From an uncultured Gemmatimonadales bacterium (GTDB lineage Bacteria; Gemmatimonadota; Gemmatimonadetes; Longimicrobiales; RSA9), in contig CAWFKH010000006.1 of the NCBI GenBank assembly GCA_963816355.1, forward strand, positions 1 to 64,000: a stretch of 64,000 nt of DNA. The letters run 5' to 3'. A program made the position numbers and the translations under genes. The notes below the pieces were generated by a model that did no database searches, was not told where the DNA came from, and saw nothing but the letters and a program-made list of their open reading frames with translations. How positions within the stretch are numbered: the stretch's first letter is position 1; each line of letters begins with the position of its first letter. Below are positions 37,879-48,407 of the stretch, in pieces.

Positions 37879-37984
37879 GCCCGAGGGGCCCGCCCGCCCG
37901 AGAGGCCCGCCCGCCCGAGAGGCCCGCCCGCCCGAGGGGCCCGCCCGCCCGAGAGGGCCGCCCGCCCGAGAGGCCCGCCCGCCC
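37879..37984. repeat. 17-bp tandem repeat GCCCGAG(A/G)GGCCCGCCC x6
   Basis: Six units beginning immediately after element copy 2. Confidence 0.95.
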
Positions 37985-38041
37985 CCATAGCCCGCCCGCG
38001 CGATCGCCTGCCTCAGGCGCTCCGCCCGGGGTAGCCACGCG

Positions 38042-39097
38042 TCACCCCGGCGCCAGGATCCTGAGGACCGCGCGCCCATTCACGTCTTCCAGCGGCAGGT
38101 ATACGCGATGGGTCGCCGGGTCCACGGCCACCGTGTGGGCGTGGGGGATGCGGAGCTCGCCCAGAGGTACGACGGCCCGGCCCTGGAGGGCGAAGGTGGA
38201 CAGCACGCCTGCCTCGGCGGCCACGTAGAGGCGCGCCAGGCCTGGGTCGAAGGCGAGGACGTCGGGGGAGCGGCCCACCCGGTGGCGGGAGATCACGTCC
38301 ATGGTGGCCAGGTCCACCACCATCAGCGTGGCGTTATCTTCGTCGGCCACGAAGAGCAGCCGCCGGGCGGGATCGATCGCCAGGCCGTGGGGGTGCCGGG
38401 CGCCGTCGATAGGGTAGCGGCCCACGATGCTGCCCGTGGCGGGATCGATGGCGACCACCTCCCGCCGCGTCTGGACCGCCACCAGGATGCACCTCGAGCC
38501 CGGGTCGTAGAGCGTGTTGCCCGCTTCGCCGCCGAGATCCACTCGCCCCAGGACCGTGTCGGCGGCTGCGTCGATCACGAGTTCCTCGCCTGCCCTGGAC
38601 TCGTCCGAGGCGAACACGCGCTTCGGACCGGGGGCGTAGGCGAGTCCGTCCGGGTAGCCAATCGGTCCGAGCCGCGCGCGGGACCGCAGGGTGGCCGCGT
38701 CCACCACGGCCACCGCGTGGTCCCCCGTTGCCGATGCGTACACCTTGCCCAGTTGCGGCACCGCCAGCACGCCGTGGACCGACGCGTAGCCCGGCAGGTC
38801 CGCCACCACCTCGTCCGTCCGGGTGTCGAAGACCAGGATCGTCCCGGCGTTCATGTGGGCGATCCACAGCCGGCCCGTCGCCGGATCCAGGCTCTGGTAG
38901 TCGAATCGCACCGGCCTGCCGGGCAGGGGCACGTCCTGGAGGAGGCGGAGCGGTGGGCCGTGGGACGCGTTCGTGGGCGCGGAGTCCGGAGCCGCGCCGG
39001 TTGGGCCATGCGCGGACCCGGCGCAGGCGAGGGGAGGGGAGGCTACAGCCGCGGGACCGGCGCAGGCCGCCAGGAGGAGCGCAGGGACCCATGCCAC
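38042..39097 (-). CDS. YncE/YVTN-type beta-propeller lipoprotein (start uncertain)
   Basis: LLLAAC lipobox; RFDYQSLD...RLWIAH; YPDGLAY; PHGLAID; PDVLAFD repeats. Confidence 0.8.
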   Translation of the reverse strand: MAWVPALLLAACAGPAAVASPPLACAGSAHGPTGAAPDSAPTNASHGPPLRLLQDVPLPGRPVRFDYQSLDPATGRLWIAHMNAGTILVFDTRTDEVVADLPGYASVHGVLAVPQLGKVYASATGDHAVAVVDAATLRSRARLGPIGYPDGLAYAPGPKRVFASDESRAGEELVIDAAADTVLGRVDLGGEAGNTLYDPGSRCILVAVQTRREVVAIDPATGSIVGRYPIDGARHPHGLAIDPARRLLFVADEDNATLMVVDLATMDVISRHRVGRSPDVLAFDPGLARLYVAAEAGVLSTFALQGRAVVPLGELRIPHAHTVAVDPATHRVYLPLEDVNGRAVLRILAPG

Positions 39098-39508
39098 CGC
39101 TCGCGCCGTGCGTCGCCCCGGCCCCCGACGATGTGGCCCGGCGGCGCGTCCCCCCGCAACCCGGCGCGGACCGCGCGGAACCGCGACTTCGGGCGGAGGG
39201 CGTCGAGGGCGTCGTGCGGCATCGGGGTGGTCCGAGCCGGGAGATGGTGCGCCGCGCGTCCTTGTGTCCGGGGGTCGCGCCGGCGCATCATTCGAGCCCG
39301 CTGGCCCCTTCGACCGGAGCCCATCCAATGCGCCCGCGTCCACATCGCCGCGCCACCGCAGGAATGCGTTCGGCGTGAACGCGCTCCCGATCGAGCGCCG
39401 GTCTCTCCCCGCGAGGTGAACGGCGGCGCGCGAGGTGGTGGGCCGAACGCTCGCGACGGCAGGCTTCGGTGGGAGGGTCAACGCGGATCCCTCGTTCAGG
39501 AGGTGGCC

Positions 39509-40222
39509 ATGAGCCGGGGTGCGACGGCGAGCGCGAGCTGCGGGCTGTGTGGACGGACACTGCAGCGGCGCGATCTCGTGCCGGCCGGCGCCGTGCGGCC
39601 GGAGATCGAGGATGTGATCCGCCAGGACCATCCGGATTGGCGGGCCGAGGGGTGGATCTGCCTGCGTGACCTCAACGAGCTCCGCACGCGATACATCCAG
39701 ACGCTCCTCGAGCAGGAGAAGGGCGAGCTCACCTCGCTGGAGGAGGAGGTCGTCCGCAGCCTGCGCGCGCACGATCTGCTGGCCCAGGATGTCGACGCCG
39801 AGTTCGAGCGCGACCTCTCCGTGGGGGACCGCCTGGCGGACCGGATCGCCGACGTCGGCGGGAGCTGGAGCTTCATCGCGGCGTTCCTGGCGGCGCTCGT
39901 GGTGTGGATCGGGATCAATACGGTGCTCTTGGTGACCCGCCCCTTCGACCCCTACCCGTTCATCCTCCTCAACCTGGTGCTCTCGTGCATCGCCGCGATC
40001 CAGGCGCCGGTCATCATGATGAGCCAGAATCGCCAGGAGGCGAAGGACCGGCTTCGCGGACAGCACGACTATCGCGTCAATCTCAAGGCCGAGCTCGAGA
40101 TCCGGCATCTGCACGAGAAGATGGACCACCTGCTCTACCACCAGTGGGAGCGGCTCGTGGAGATCCAGAAGGTGCAGATCGAGCTCATGAACGAGCTCGG
40201 CGCGGCGCGGAATCGTCCGTGA
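39509..40222 (+). CDS. DUF1003 membrane protein with N-terminal Cys motif
   Basis: RBS AGGAGG; CGLC...ICLRD; GGSWSFI; FDPYPFILLNLVLSCIAAIQAPVIMMSQNRQ. Confidence 0.92.
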   Translation: MSRGATASASCGLCGRTLQRRDLVPAGAVRPEIEDVIRQDHPDWRAEGWICLRDLNELRTRYIQTLLEQEKGELTSLEEEVVRSLRAHDLLAQDVDAEFERDLSVGDRLADRIADVGGSWSFIAAFLAALVVWIGINTVLLVTRPFDPYPFILLNLVLSCIAAIQAPVIMMSQNRQEAKDRLRGQHDYRVNLKAELEIRHLHEKMDHLLYHQWERLVEIQKVQIELMNELGAARNRP

Positions 40223-40287
40223 GCCCGTAGCCGGCCGCCCGCCAGGGGCGCCTTCACGGTCTAAGCGGGTCGCGTGACGGCCGCCTC

Positions 40288-40656
40288 CTAGAACGGCAGG
40301 TCGTCGTCCTCCCCCTCTCCCCACGGCTCCGTCGGGGTCGGCTCTCCCGTGCGCGACGGCGGCCCGGCGGGCTTCGATCCGCCCGCCTCCGCGCGCTCCA
40401 CCTTCCACGCCTTGACGTCCGTGTACCAGCGGCCGTTGTACTCGCGGCTCTGGATGTCGATGTGGACGGTGAGGCTCTCGCCCTCCTGGACGGCGAACTG
40501 CTCGATGTTGTCGCCCCACTGGACAATGCACACCGGCTTCGGGTACTGGCCTTCGGTCTCCAGGACGAACTCCTGCTTCCTCCAGGGGCCGTTGCGGCCC
40601 TCGCCGGATTGCTCCTCGAGCACCTGGGTGACCTTGCCCGTGAGCTGTAGGTCCAT
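40288..40656 (-). CDS. DUF3127 SSB-like OB-fold protein
   Basis: WRKQEFVLET...YPK; SREYNGRWYTDVKAWK; acidic tail DDDLPF. Confidence 0.9.
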   Translation of the reverse strand: MDLQLTGKVTQVLEEQSGEGRNGPWRKQEFVLETEGQYPKPVCIVQWGDNIEQFAVQEGESLTVHIDIQSREYNGRWYTDVKAWKVERAEAGGSKPAGPPSRTGEPTPTEPWGEGEDDDLPF

Positions 40657-40848
40657 CGTTTCGCCTCCCTGCAGTTCGTTGCGCGCCGGGATGCCCTCGA
40701 TGGCCCCGGCTCTTCACCCGATGGACGATAGCCGTCTTCCCGCGGCCGGGCGAGAGCTTCGCGGCGGCGGCGGGCGAGAGGTTCGCGGCGGCGGCCGCGG
40801 CGGCCGCGGCGGTTCGCGGCGGCGGCGTCGCGATTGTACGATCCGGTC

Positions 40849-43530
40849 ATGGATGCCGATCGGCCCCCGTACCACGCGCTCGATGTCCCGAGCGCCCTCG
40901 CCCGCCTGAGCAGCGGCGGCGACGGGCTTTCATCGGCGGAAGCGGAGGCCCGTCTCGCGCGCTATGGGCCCAACGTCCTGAGGCCGGCCCGGCCGAGGCC
41001 GGCGTGGAAGATCCTGGTCGACCAGTTGCGCAGCCTGGTGGTGCTGCTCCTGGCCGGGGCCGCCGGCGTCGCGGTCGCGAGCGGCGATGCGCTCGACGCC
41101 GGCGCGATCGCCGCCGTCCTCCTGCTCAACACGCTCCTCGGCTTCGTCACCGAGATGCGCGCCCGGCGCGCGATGGAGGCGCTGCTGCGCCTGGAGGCTC
41201 CGCGCGCGGTGGTCCTGCGCGACGGCGCGCCCCGTGAGATCGCCGCGCGCGACGTCGTCCCCGGCGACGTCGTGCGGCTCGAGCCCGGCCAGTCGGTGAC
41301 GGCCGACGCGCGCGTCATCGGGGCAACGGATCTGCGGGTGGACGAGGCCGCGCTGACCGGGGAGTCGATGCCGGTGTCGAAGGCGCCGTCGCCCGTCGCG
41401 CTCGACGCGCCGCTGCCGGACCGCGCGAGCATGCTCTACAAGGGCACGGCGGTGGTGGCGGGAGCGGCGCTCGCGCTGGTGGTCGGCACGGGGATGCGGA
41501 CCGAGCTGGGTCGGATCGGCGAGCTGGTGGAGCACATCCCCGAGGAGCGGACGCCGCTGGAACGCCGTCTGGACGCGCTCGGCCGACGCCTCGTGCTGCT
41601 GGTCCTCGCCGTCGCCGCCGTCGTCGTCGGGGTCGGCATCCTCCAGGGGACGCCGCTCGCGTTGATGCTCGAGACCGGCATCGCGCTCGCGATCGCGGCC
41701 GTACCCGAAGGGCTTCCGGCCGTCGCCACGATCGCGCTGGCCGTCGGCGTCCGCCGCATGGCGCGGCGGCGAGCGCTGGTGCGGAGGCTGCCCTCCGTCG
41801 AGACGCTCGGCTCGGTCACCGTGATCTGCACCGACAAGACGGGCACCCTCACGGCCGGGGAGATGACGGCCACGGCGCTGTGGCTGGACGGCCGCGAGCT
41901 GCGCATCAGCGGGGCCGGGTACGGCCTCGAGGGCGAGTTCCTCGAAGACGGCCGGGCGGTGGACCCTCGAGAGGATCCGATCGGCGACGTCGCCCTTCGC
42001 ACCGCAGTGCTCGCGAATCGCGCCGGGCTCGAGGAGGGTGCGGGCGGCGGGCGCTTCCGCGGCGATCCGACGGAAGCGGCGCTGCTCGTGGCGGCGCGAA
42101 AGGGCGGCGTCGACCGGGAATCGGTCGGGGCGGCCTGGCCGGAGCTGGGCGAGGTGCCGTTCTCGAGCGAACGCGCGCTCATGGCGGCGTTCAACCAGGG
42201 GCCGGACGGCGCGCTCGTGGCGCACGCGAAGGGGGCGCCCGGCCGGATCCTCGACGTGTGCGATCGGGTCCTCACGCGCGACGGCGAGCGAGCGCTCGAC
42301 GACGAGCGGCGGCGGACGATCGAGTCGCTGAACGTCGCGATGGCCGGGCGCGGACAGCGCGTGCTCGGCCTGGCCTGCGGAGGTGTCGCTGCGGCGTCCG
42401 ACGATGCGCTGCACGGCCTTGCGTTCGTCGCGCTCGTGGGCCTGGCCGATCCGCCGGCGGCCGGCGTCCGCGAGACGATCCAGACGCTCCGGGGCGCGGG
42501 GATCCGGACCGTGATGATCACCGGGGACCAGGCGCCGACGGCGGCCGCGATCGCGCGCGACCTGGGCCTGGGCGGAACGGACGACGAGGTCCTCGGCGCC
42601 CGCGACCTGCAGCGGCTGAGCGAGGAGGCGCTGACGCGGAGGATCGGCCGTGTCGCCGTCTTCAGCCGGGTCAGCCCGGAGCAGAAGCTGGCGATCGTGT
42701 CGGCGTACCAGCGGGGCGGCGATGTCGTCGCGATGGTCGGGGACGGCGTCAACGACGCGGCGGCGCTCAAGAAGGCGGACGTGGGCGTGGCGATGGGGAT
42801 CCGCGGCACCGACGTCGCCAAGGAGTCCGCGGCGATCGTGCTGCAGGACGACCGCTTCCGCACGATCGCGGCGGCCGTCGAGGAAGGGCGGGTCATCTAC
42901 GACAACATCCGTAAGTTCGTCTTCTATCTGTTCAGCTGCAATCTGGCCGAAGTGCTGGTCCTGCTCGGCGCGGGGCTCGCGGGGCTGCCCCTGCCCCTCA
43001 CCCCGCTGCAGATCCTCTGGCTCAACCTGGTCACCGACACGTTCCCCGCGCTGGCGCTCGCCCTCGAGCCGGCGGAGCCCGATGTGATGCGACGACCGCC
43101 GCGCCGGCCCGACGCCGCCATCCTTTCGGCCGGCTTCCTCCGGGCCGTCGCGTTCTATGCGGTGCTGATCACCGCCGCGACCCTGCTCGCCTTCTGGCTC
43201 GCGGTCGCGGGGCCGCTCGCCGACCCGCAGCGCGCGCTCACGATCAGCTTCATTACGCTCGCCCTCGCTCAGGCCTTCCATCTCGGCAACGCCCGCAGCC
43301 ACGGCGCCGTGCTGGGTCGCGGCGCGCTTTCCAACCGCTACGCGCTGGGCGCCGTGGCACTCGTGGTGCTGCTCCAGCTCCTCGCGCTCTACGCGCCGCC
43401 CCTGACCGCCGTGCTCGACACGCGGCCGCTGCGCTGGCAGGAGTGGCTGATCGTGCTGCCGCTGTCCGCGCTGCCGGGCCTCGTCGGCCAGGCGGTCCGG
43501 CTGTGGACGGGCCGCCGGCGAGCCGGCTGA
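40849..43530 (+). CDS. Cation-transporting P-type ATPase (type IIA, Ca2+-like)
   Basis: TGES; VPEGLP; DKTGTLT; KGAP; MITGD; GDGVNDA; WLNLVTD. Confidence 0.95.
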   Translation: MDADRPPYHALDVPSALARLSSGGDGLSSAEAEARLARYGPNVLRPARPRPAWKILVDQLRSLVVLLLAGAAGVAVASGDALDAGAIAAVLLLNTLLGFVTEMRARRAMEALLRLEAPRAVVLRDGAPREIAARDVVPGDVVRLEPGQSVTADARVIGATDLRVDEAALTGESMPVSKAPSPVALDAPLPDRASMLYKGTAVVAGAALALVVGTGMRTELGRIGELVEHIPEERTPLERRLDALGRRLVLLVLAVAAVVVGVGILQGTPLALMLETGIALAIAAVPEGLPAVATIALAVGVRRMARRRALVRRLPSVETLGSVTVICTDKTGTLTAGEMTATALWLDGRELRISGAGYGLEGEFLEDGRAVDPREDPIGDVALRTAVLANRAGLEEGAGGGRFRGDPTEAALLVAARKGGVDRESVGAAWPELGEVPFSSERALMAAFNQGPDGALVAHAKGAPGRILDVCDRVLTRDGERALDDERRRTIESLNVAMAGRGQRVLGLACGGVAAASDDALHGLAFVALVGLADPPAAGVRETIQTLRGAGIRTVMITGDQAPTAAAIARDLGLGGTDDEVLGARDLQRLSEEALTRRIGRVAVFSRVSPEQKLAIVSAYQRGGDVVAMVGDGVNDAAALKKADVGVAMGIRGTDVAKESAAIVLQDDRFRTIAAAVEEGRVIYDNIRKFVFYLFSCNLAEVLVLLGAGLAGLPLPLTPLQILWLNLVTDTFPALALALEPAEPDVMRRPPRRPDAAILSAGFLRAVAFYAVLITAATLLAFWLAVAGPLADPQRALTISFITLALAQAFHLGNARSHGAVLGRGALSNRYALGAVALVVLLQLLALYAPPLTAVLDTRPLRWQEWLIVLPLSALPGLVGQAVRLWTGRRRAG

Positions 43531-43532
43531 GG

Positions 43533-43634
43533 GTGATCCATCATCGCGCGCAGATCGGAGTCTACCTCCGACTCCTCGACCTGCCGGTGCCCGGCATGTA
43601 CGGACCTTCGGCCGACGAGGGGCTCGGCGGCTGA
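43533..43634 (+). pseudogene. C-terminal relic of a DinB/DUF664-family gene
   Basis: VIHHRAQIGVYLRLLDLPVPGMYGPSADE... begins 2 bp after the ATPase stop; the N-terminal part is absent. Confidence 0.7.
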
Positions 43635-43665
43635 GCGCGGTCGACGGGGGCGCCGCGCGCCGGCC

Positions 43666-43695
43666 TTGACATATCTATCGATGTTGATGTATCAT
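43666..43695 (+). promoter_or_regulatory. ars promoter TTGACA-N18-TATCAT with ArsR operator ATCTA-N6-TTGAT
   Basis: -35 at 43666, -10 at 43690, operator at 43673-43688; ATG 5 nt after the -10 (leaderless). Confidence 0.8.
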
Positions 43696-43700
43696 CGCCC

Positions 43701-44105
43701 ATGATGATCTCGCCGACCCATGCGACTTCGCCGGATCCCGCGCCTTCGCCGGATCCCGCGCCTTCGCCGACCGCGGCGCCCTCGACCCCGCCGCGGCAGG
43801 CGCTGCTCCAGCGCTTCCAGGCCGTGGCCGAGGAGACGCGCTTCCGCCTCGTCCAGTTGCTGGCCGAAGGGGAGCGCTGCGTCTGTGAGCTCCAGGACGA
43901 GTTGGGTGCGGCCCAGTCGCGGCTCTCCTTCCACTTGAAGAAGCTGAAGGATGCGGGGGTCGTGGCGGACCGCCGCGACGGGCGCTGGGTGCACTACTCG
44001 CTGGTGCCGGATGCCCTGGAGGAGATGCGCGCGTTTCTGGGCGAGGTGAAGCCGCGCGACGGGTGGCTGCCGGTGGTGCGGCAGGGCGACTCCTGCTGCG
44101 ACTGA
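43701..44105 (+). CDS. arsR: ArsR/SmtB-family arsenic-responsive repressor
   Basis: ERCVCEL; AQSRLSFHLKKL; RDGRWVHYSL; C-terminal CC. An 18-bp repeat (43726-43769) extends the N-terminus. Confidence 0.92.
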   Translation: MMISPTHATSPDPAPSPDPAPSPTAAPSTPPRQALLQRFQAVAEETRFRLVQLLAEGERCVCELQDELGAAQSRLSFHLKKLKDAGVVADRRDGRWVHYSLVPDALEEMRAFLGEVKPRDGWLPVVRQGDSCCD

Positions 44106-44178
44106 GCGGGGGGCGGCCGCGCGCTTCGTGCTGCAGCCGCGGCGGCGCGGCGTGCGCGTTTTTTTCTTGCGCCGATAT

Positions 44179-44194
44179 ATCAACATTCATTGAT
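44179..44194 (+). promoter_or_regulatory. Second ArsR-type operator ATCAA-N6-TTGAT upstream of arsM
   Basis: Perfect 5-6-5 inverted repeat just before RBS GGAGG. Confidence 0.7.
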
Positions 44195-44203
44195 GCGGAG
44201 GCC

Positions 44204-45067
44204 ATGATGGGCGAGGATGTGAAGGCGGTGGTGCGGCAGAAGTACGGGGAGGCCGCGCTGCGGGTGGTGGCGGGGGAGAAGGGGACGTGCTGTGGGACGT
44301 CGTGCGGGTGGGGCGAGGCGAAGGCGGACGGCGGCTTCGCGGATCCGATCACGCGGGACCTTTACGACCCCGTGACGACGTCGGCGCTGCCGGAATCGGC
44401 GGTGCTGGCGTCGCTGGGGTGCGGCAACCCGACGGCTCTGGCGGAGCTGCGGGAGGGGGAGGTGGTGCTGGATCTGGGCAGCGGCGGCGGGATCGACGTG
44501 CTGCTCTCGGCGAAGCGGGTGGGGCCGACGGGGAAGGCGTACGGCCTGGACATGACGGACGAGATGCTGGCGCTGGCGCGTCGCAACGCGGCGGAGGCGG
44601 GCGCGGAGAACGTGGAGTTCGTGAAGGGGGAGATCGAGGCGATCCCGCTGCCGGACGCCAGCGTGGACGTGATCGTGAGCAATTGTGTGATCAACCTGTC
44701 GGCGGACAAGCGGCAGGTGCTGCGGGAGGCGTACCGGGTGCTGAAGCCGGGCGGCCGTTTCGCGGTGTCGGACGTGGTGGTGCGCGGCGAGGTGCCGGCG
44801 GAGATCCGTCGCAGCATGGAGCTGTGGGTGGGTTGCGTGGCGGGGGCGCTGGAGGAGAAGGAGTTCGAGGCGCTGCTCGTGGAGGCGGGGTTCGAGGAGG
44901 CGACCCTGGAGCCGACGCGGATCTACGAGCCGGAGGACGCGCGGTCGTTCCTGGAGGAGGCCGGCCTGGACGTGGACGCGTTCAGGGACGCGGTCGAAGG
45001 TCGGTTCATGTCGGCGTTCGTGCGGGCGCGGAAGCCGCTGAGGCCGTCCGCGGCGGCGCTGGAGTGA
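44204..45067 (+). CDS. arsM: Arsenite S-adenosylmethionine methyltransferase
   Basis: CC near the N-terminus; [31 protein letters not shown]. Confidence 0.93.
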   Translation: MMGEDVKAVVRQKYGEAALRVVAGEKGTCCGTSCGWGEAKADGGFADPITRDLYDPVTTSALPESAVLASLGCGNPTALAELREGEVVLDLGSGGGIDVLLSAKRVGPTGKAYGLDMTDEMLALARRNAAEAGAENVEFVKGEIEAIPLPDASVDVIVSNCVINLSADKRQVLREAYRVLKPGGRFAVSDVVVRGEVPAEIRRSMELWVGCVAGALEEKEFEALLVEAGFEEATLEPTRIYEPEDARSFLEEAGLDVDAFRDAVEGRFMSAFVRARKPLRPSAAALE

Positions 45068-45073
45068 TCCCGG

Positions 45074-45847
45074 ATGGAGTACGCTCTGATCAGTGACATC
45101 CATGGGAATCTGCCGGCGCTGGAGGCGGTGCTGGCGGATCTCGATGGGCGGGACGACGTCGAGGCGGTCTACCACCTGGGCGACCTCGTCGGCTACGCGC
45201 CGTGGCCGAACGAGGTGGTGGCGACGCTCCGGGAGCGGTCGATCCCCGGCGTCGCCGGGAACTACGACTCCACCACCGCCACGGACTACGAGCACTGCGG
45301 CTGCATGTACGAGGACGCCTGGCAGGCGGAGCTGAGCCACCTCAGCTACGCGTGGACCCGCGCCCACGTCTCGGCGGCGACGAAGCGCTGGCTCGCGGGC
45401 CTGCCGTTCCGCATCGACGTCCGGCCGCTGGGCGGCCACACCGCCGGTCCGCGGCTGATCCTCGTGCACGGCAACCCGGTGCTGAACACGGTCTACTGGA
45501 GCGAGGACCGCTCCGACGCCTTCTGTCTCCAGATGGCCGAGCGGCTGGGCGGCAGGGCGGGCGACGTGGTGGCGTTCGGCCACACGCACAGGCCGTGGCA
45601 CCGGGTGGTGGACGGAATCCACTTCGTCAACGCCGGTTCGGTGGGGCGGCCGAAGGACGGCGACTGGCGCGCGGGATACGTGCGGGTGGAGTTGGGCGGG
45701 GAAGCGGTGGGCGTCGAGTTCGCCCGCGTCGAGTACGACCTGGAGCGGGCGGCGGAGGCGATCCGCGGGAGCGGTCTGCCGGACGACTTCGCGGCGCACC
45801 TGGAGACGGGCGGCCTGCCGAACCCTCGCGCCGGGGACGTCGGTTGA
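45074..45847 (+). CDS. Calcineurin-like metallophosphoesterase of the ars operon
   Basis: [40 protein letters not shown]. Confidence 0.9.
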   Translation: MEYALISDIHGNLPALEAVLADLDGRDDVEAVYHLGDLVGYAPWPNEVVATLRERSIPGVAGNYDSTTATDYEHCGCMYEDAWQAELSHLSYAWTRAHVSAATKRWLAGLPFRIDVRPLGGHTAGPRLILVHGNPVLNTVYWSEDRSDAFCLQMAERLGGRAGDVVAFGHTHRPWHRVVDGIHFVNAGSVGRPKDGDWRAGYVRVELGGEAVGVEFARVEYDLERAAEAIRGSGLPDDFAAHLETGGLPNPRAGDVG

Positions 45848-45890
45848 CGGCATGCAGGCGCGCGGACGTGGCTCGAGGAGCGGGAGAGCG

Positions 45891-47012
45891 ATGATGGCGG
45901 AGCAGCCGAGCGTGGGACGGCGGATGTCGTTCCTGGACCGGTACCTGACCGCGTGGATCTTCCTGGCCATGGCCGTGGGGGTCGGCCTCGGGTATCTGTG
46001 GCCGGCGCCGGTCACGGCCATCGCCGCGGCGACGCAGGTGGGGACGACGTCGATTCCGATCGCCATCGGACTGATCCTGATGATGTACCCGCCGCTGGCC
46101 AAGGTGCGCTACGAGGAGCTCGGCGACGTGTTCCGGGACTGGAAGGTGCTCGGCCTGTCGCTGGTGCAGAACTGGATCGTCGGACCGCTGCTCATGTTCG
46201 CTCTCGCCGTCCTGTTCCTGCGGCACCACCCCGAGCTCATGGTGGGACTGATCCTGATCGGACTCGCCCGCTGCATCGCCATGGTGATCGTCTGGAACGA
46301 GCTCGCGGAGGGCGACAACGAGTACGCGGCGGGCCTCGTCGCCTTCAACTCGATCTTTCAGGTGCTGTTCTACTCCGTCTACGCCTGGGTCTTCATCACC
46401 GTCGTGCCCCGGTGGATGGGGCTTCAGGGCACCGTCGTCGACGTGACCGTGGGGCAGATCGCCGCCAGCGTCGCCATCTACCTGGGCGTCCCGTTCCTCG
46501 CCGGCATGCTGACCCGCTTCGTGCTGGTTCGGGCGAGGGGAAGGGCGTGGTACCACCAGCGGTTCATCCCGAAGATCAGCCCGCTGACGCTGATCGCGCT
46601 CCTGTTCACGATCGTGGTGATGTTCTCGATCCAGGGGAAGGCGATCGTGCAGCAGCCGTCAAGGGTGGTGCTCGTCGCGGTCCCGCTGCTCATCTACTTC
46701 CTGGCCATGTTCGCCATCACGTTCTTCATGAGCCGCGCCGTGGGGGCCAGCTACCCGCAGACGGCCACACTGTCCTTCACCGCGGCTTCGAACAACTTCG
46801 AGCTCGCGATCGCCGTCGCTGTGGGGACGTTCGGGATCGCCCACGGCTCCGCCTTCGCGGCCGTCATCGGACCGCTCGTGGAGGTGCCGGTCCTCATCGC
46901 GCTCGTGAACGTCGCACTGTGGTGGAAGCGGAAATTCTTCCCGACGTCGGAGGCCGCCATCGCGGCCGTCTCCAACTGCGCGGTGCCGTCCGCGGTCGGG
47001 CCGCGATCCTGA
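45891..47012 (+). CDS. acr3: ACR3-family arsenite efflux transporter
   Basis: [50 protein letters not shown]. Confidence 0.95.
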   Translation: MMAEQPSVGRRMSFLDRYLTAWIFLAMAVGVGLGYLWPAPVTAIAAATQVGTTSIPIAIGLILMMYPPLAKVRYEELGDVFRDWKVLGLSLVQNWIVGPLLMFALAVLFLRHHPELMVGLILIGLARCIAMVIVWNELAEGDNEYAAGLVAFNSIFQVLFYSVYAWVFITVVPRWMGLQGTVVDVTVGQIAASVAIYLGVPFLAGMLTRFVLVRARGRAWYHQRFIPKISPLTLIALLFTIVVMFSIQGKAIVQQPSRVVLVAVPLLIYFLAMFAITFFMSRAVGASYPQTATLSFTAASNNFELAIAVAVGTFGIAHGSAFAAVIGPLVEVPVLIALVNVALWWKRKFFPTSEAAIAAVSNCAVPSAVGPRS

Positions 47013-47217
47013 GCCGAAGGGGTGAGCGCTCCCGGACTCGGGCGGCCCGAGCGCGCCGCGTCGGACGGATGGGCGGTGACGGCGGCCGGCGGCGCAGCCC
47101 GGCCGCCCAGCCCCGCCGCGGCGGGCCGGCGGCGCAGCCCGACGCGCTTGCGCTGCGCGGCGCGGCGGTTAGATTTCATGTGAAAATAATCGGATCAATC
47201 GTTGCACCAGGAGGCCC

Positions 47218-47589
47218 ATGCACCGCCGCGCCCATGCCGCGCCGGAGCCGGCGAGCATCGTGAGCCGGGCGGTCCGCTCGGCGGCGGTGCGGCTGGGGCT
47301 GCGCAACCGCGACCTCGCCGCGGTACTGGGGACGAGCGAGGCATCGGTGTCGCGGCTGAAGGGTGGGCGCGGCATCGATCCGGGGACGAAGGAAGGGGAG
47401 CTGGCGTTGTTGTTCCTGCGGCTGTTCCGGAGCCTGGACGCGCTGGTGGGCGGGGACGAAGCGCGGGCGCGGGCGTGGTTGCACGCGGAGAACCGGCACG
47501 TGGGCGGGGTGCCGGCGGTGCGGATCCGGAGCGTGGAGGGGCTGATCGATGTCGTCCAGTATCTGGACGCGATGCGCGGGCGACTCTGA
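47218..47589 (+). CDS. Xre/MbcA/ParS-type antitoxin
   Basis: HTH LAAVLGTSEASVSRL; RLFRSLDALVGGD...AWLHAENRHVGGVP; RBS AGGAGG. TTTCA-TG-TGAAA palindrome upstream (47174-47185). Confidence 0.88.
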   Translation: MHRRAHAAPEPASIVSRAVRSAAVRLGLRNRDLAAVLGTSEASVSRLKGGRGIDPGTKEGELALLFLRLFRSLDALVGGDEARARAWLHAENRHVGGVPAVRIRSVEGLIDVVQYLDAMRGRL

Positions 47590-48304
47590 GCTCCGGGCGC
47601 TGCGGTCCGAGCCGTGGCGGGTCGTGGAAGCGCAGCACAGGGTGTCGACGCGGAAGCTGGTGGGCAGCGACGCGGAGCAGGCGGTTCTGGAGGATCTGAT
47701 CGAGGGAGTGAAGCCGCCGGACCGGACGGACGGGGTCCTGCACTATCTGCTGGCGACGCCGTTCCGCTACCCGCCGCTGCGGCACGGATCGCGTTTCAGC
47801 GGCCGCCACGAGCCGGGGATCTGGTACGGCGCGGAGACGCTGGACGGCGCGTTCGCGGAGGTTGCGTACTACCGCCTGTTGTTCCTGGAGGGGACGGCGG
47901 CGGAACTGGACGGGGTGGCGACGGAGGTGACGGCGTTTCGCGCCGACGTACGCACGGACCGGGGCGTCGACCTGGCTGCCGGTTGCTTCCGGGAGCATCG
48001 CGCGGCGATCGCCTCGGCGGCATCGTACCGTTCGACGCAGGCGCTCGGCGAGGCGATGCGCGGGGCGGGGGTGGAGGCGTTCCGCTACCCTTCGGCGCGC
48101 GACCCGGCCGGCGGTGTCAACGTGGGCGTGCTGGCGCCGTCGGCGGTCGGGCGTCGCGCGCCGCGGGCGTTCGAGACATGGCACTGCGTGGCGACGCGCG
48201 CGCGGGTCGAGTTGCGCAAGCTGGACTGGTTCGGCCGTCGGGCGGTGGCATTCGAGAGGGAGACGTTCGTCGTGGACGGCCGGTTTCCGGCGCCCGCGGT
48301 GTGA
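47549..48304 (+). CDS. RES-domain toxin (NAD+-consuming family)
   Basis: WRVVEAQ; TPFRYPP...GSRF; GIWYGAE...AEVAYY; YPSARD; 41-nt overlap with the antitoxin. Confidence 0.9.
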   Translation: MSSSIWTRCAGDSELRALRSEPWRVVEAQHRVSTRKLVGSDAEQAVLEDLIEGVKPPDRTDGVLHYLLATPFRYPPLRHGSRFSGRHEPGIWYGAETLDGAFAEVAYYRLLFLEGTAAELDGVATEVTAFRADVRTDRGVDLAAGCFREHRAAIASAASYRSTQALGEAMRGAGVEAFRYPSARDPAGGVNVGVLAPSAVGRRAPRAFETWHCVATRARVELRKLDWFGRRAVAFERETFVVDGRFPAPAV

Positions 48305-48407
48305 CGGCCGCGGCGGCGTCACATCCTGCGGGCCCGGCTGAGCCGCGCGCGGCGTCGTCGCAAGCGGGTCCGACTCCGTCCGGCGAGCGGGCGCAACGAA
48401 GGAGGGA

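Noticed and set aside
39240..39292. Fluoride riboswitch (GGAGATGG start)
   Set aside because: There is no downstream CTGATG/pseudoknot element and no crcB-type gene. It is only an 11-bp imperfect hairpin.
40747..40826. GGTTCGCGGCGGCGGC-type repeats before the ATPase gene
   Set aside because: Low-complexity GC slippage repeats with no further structure evident.
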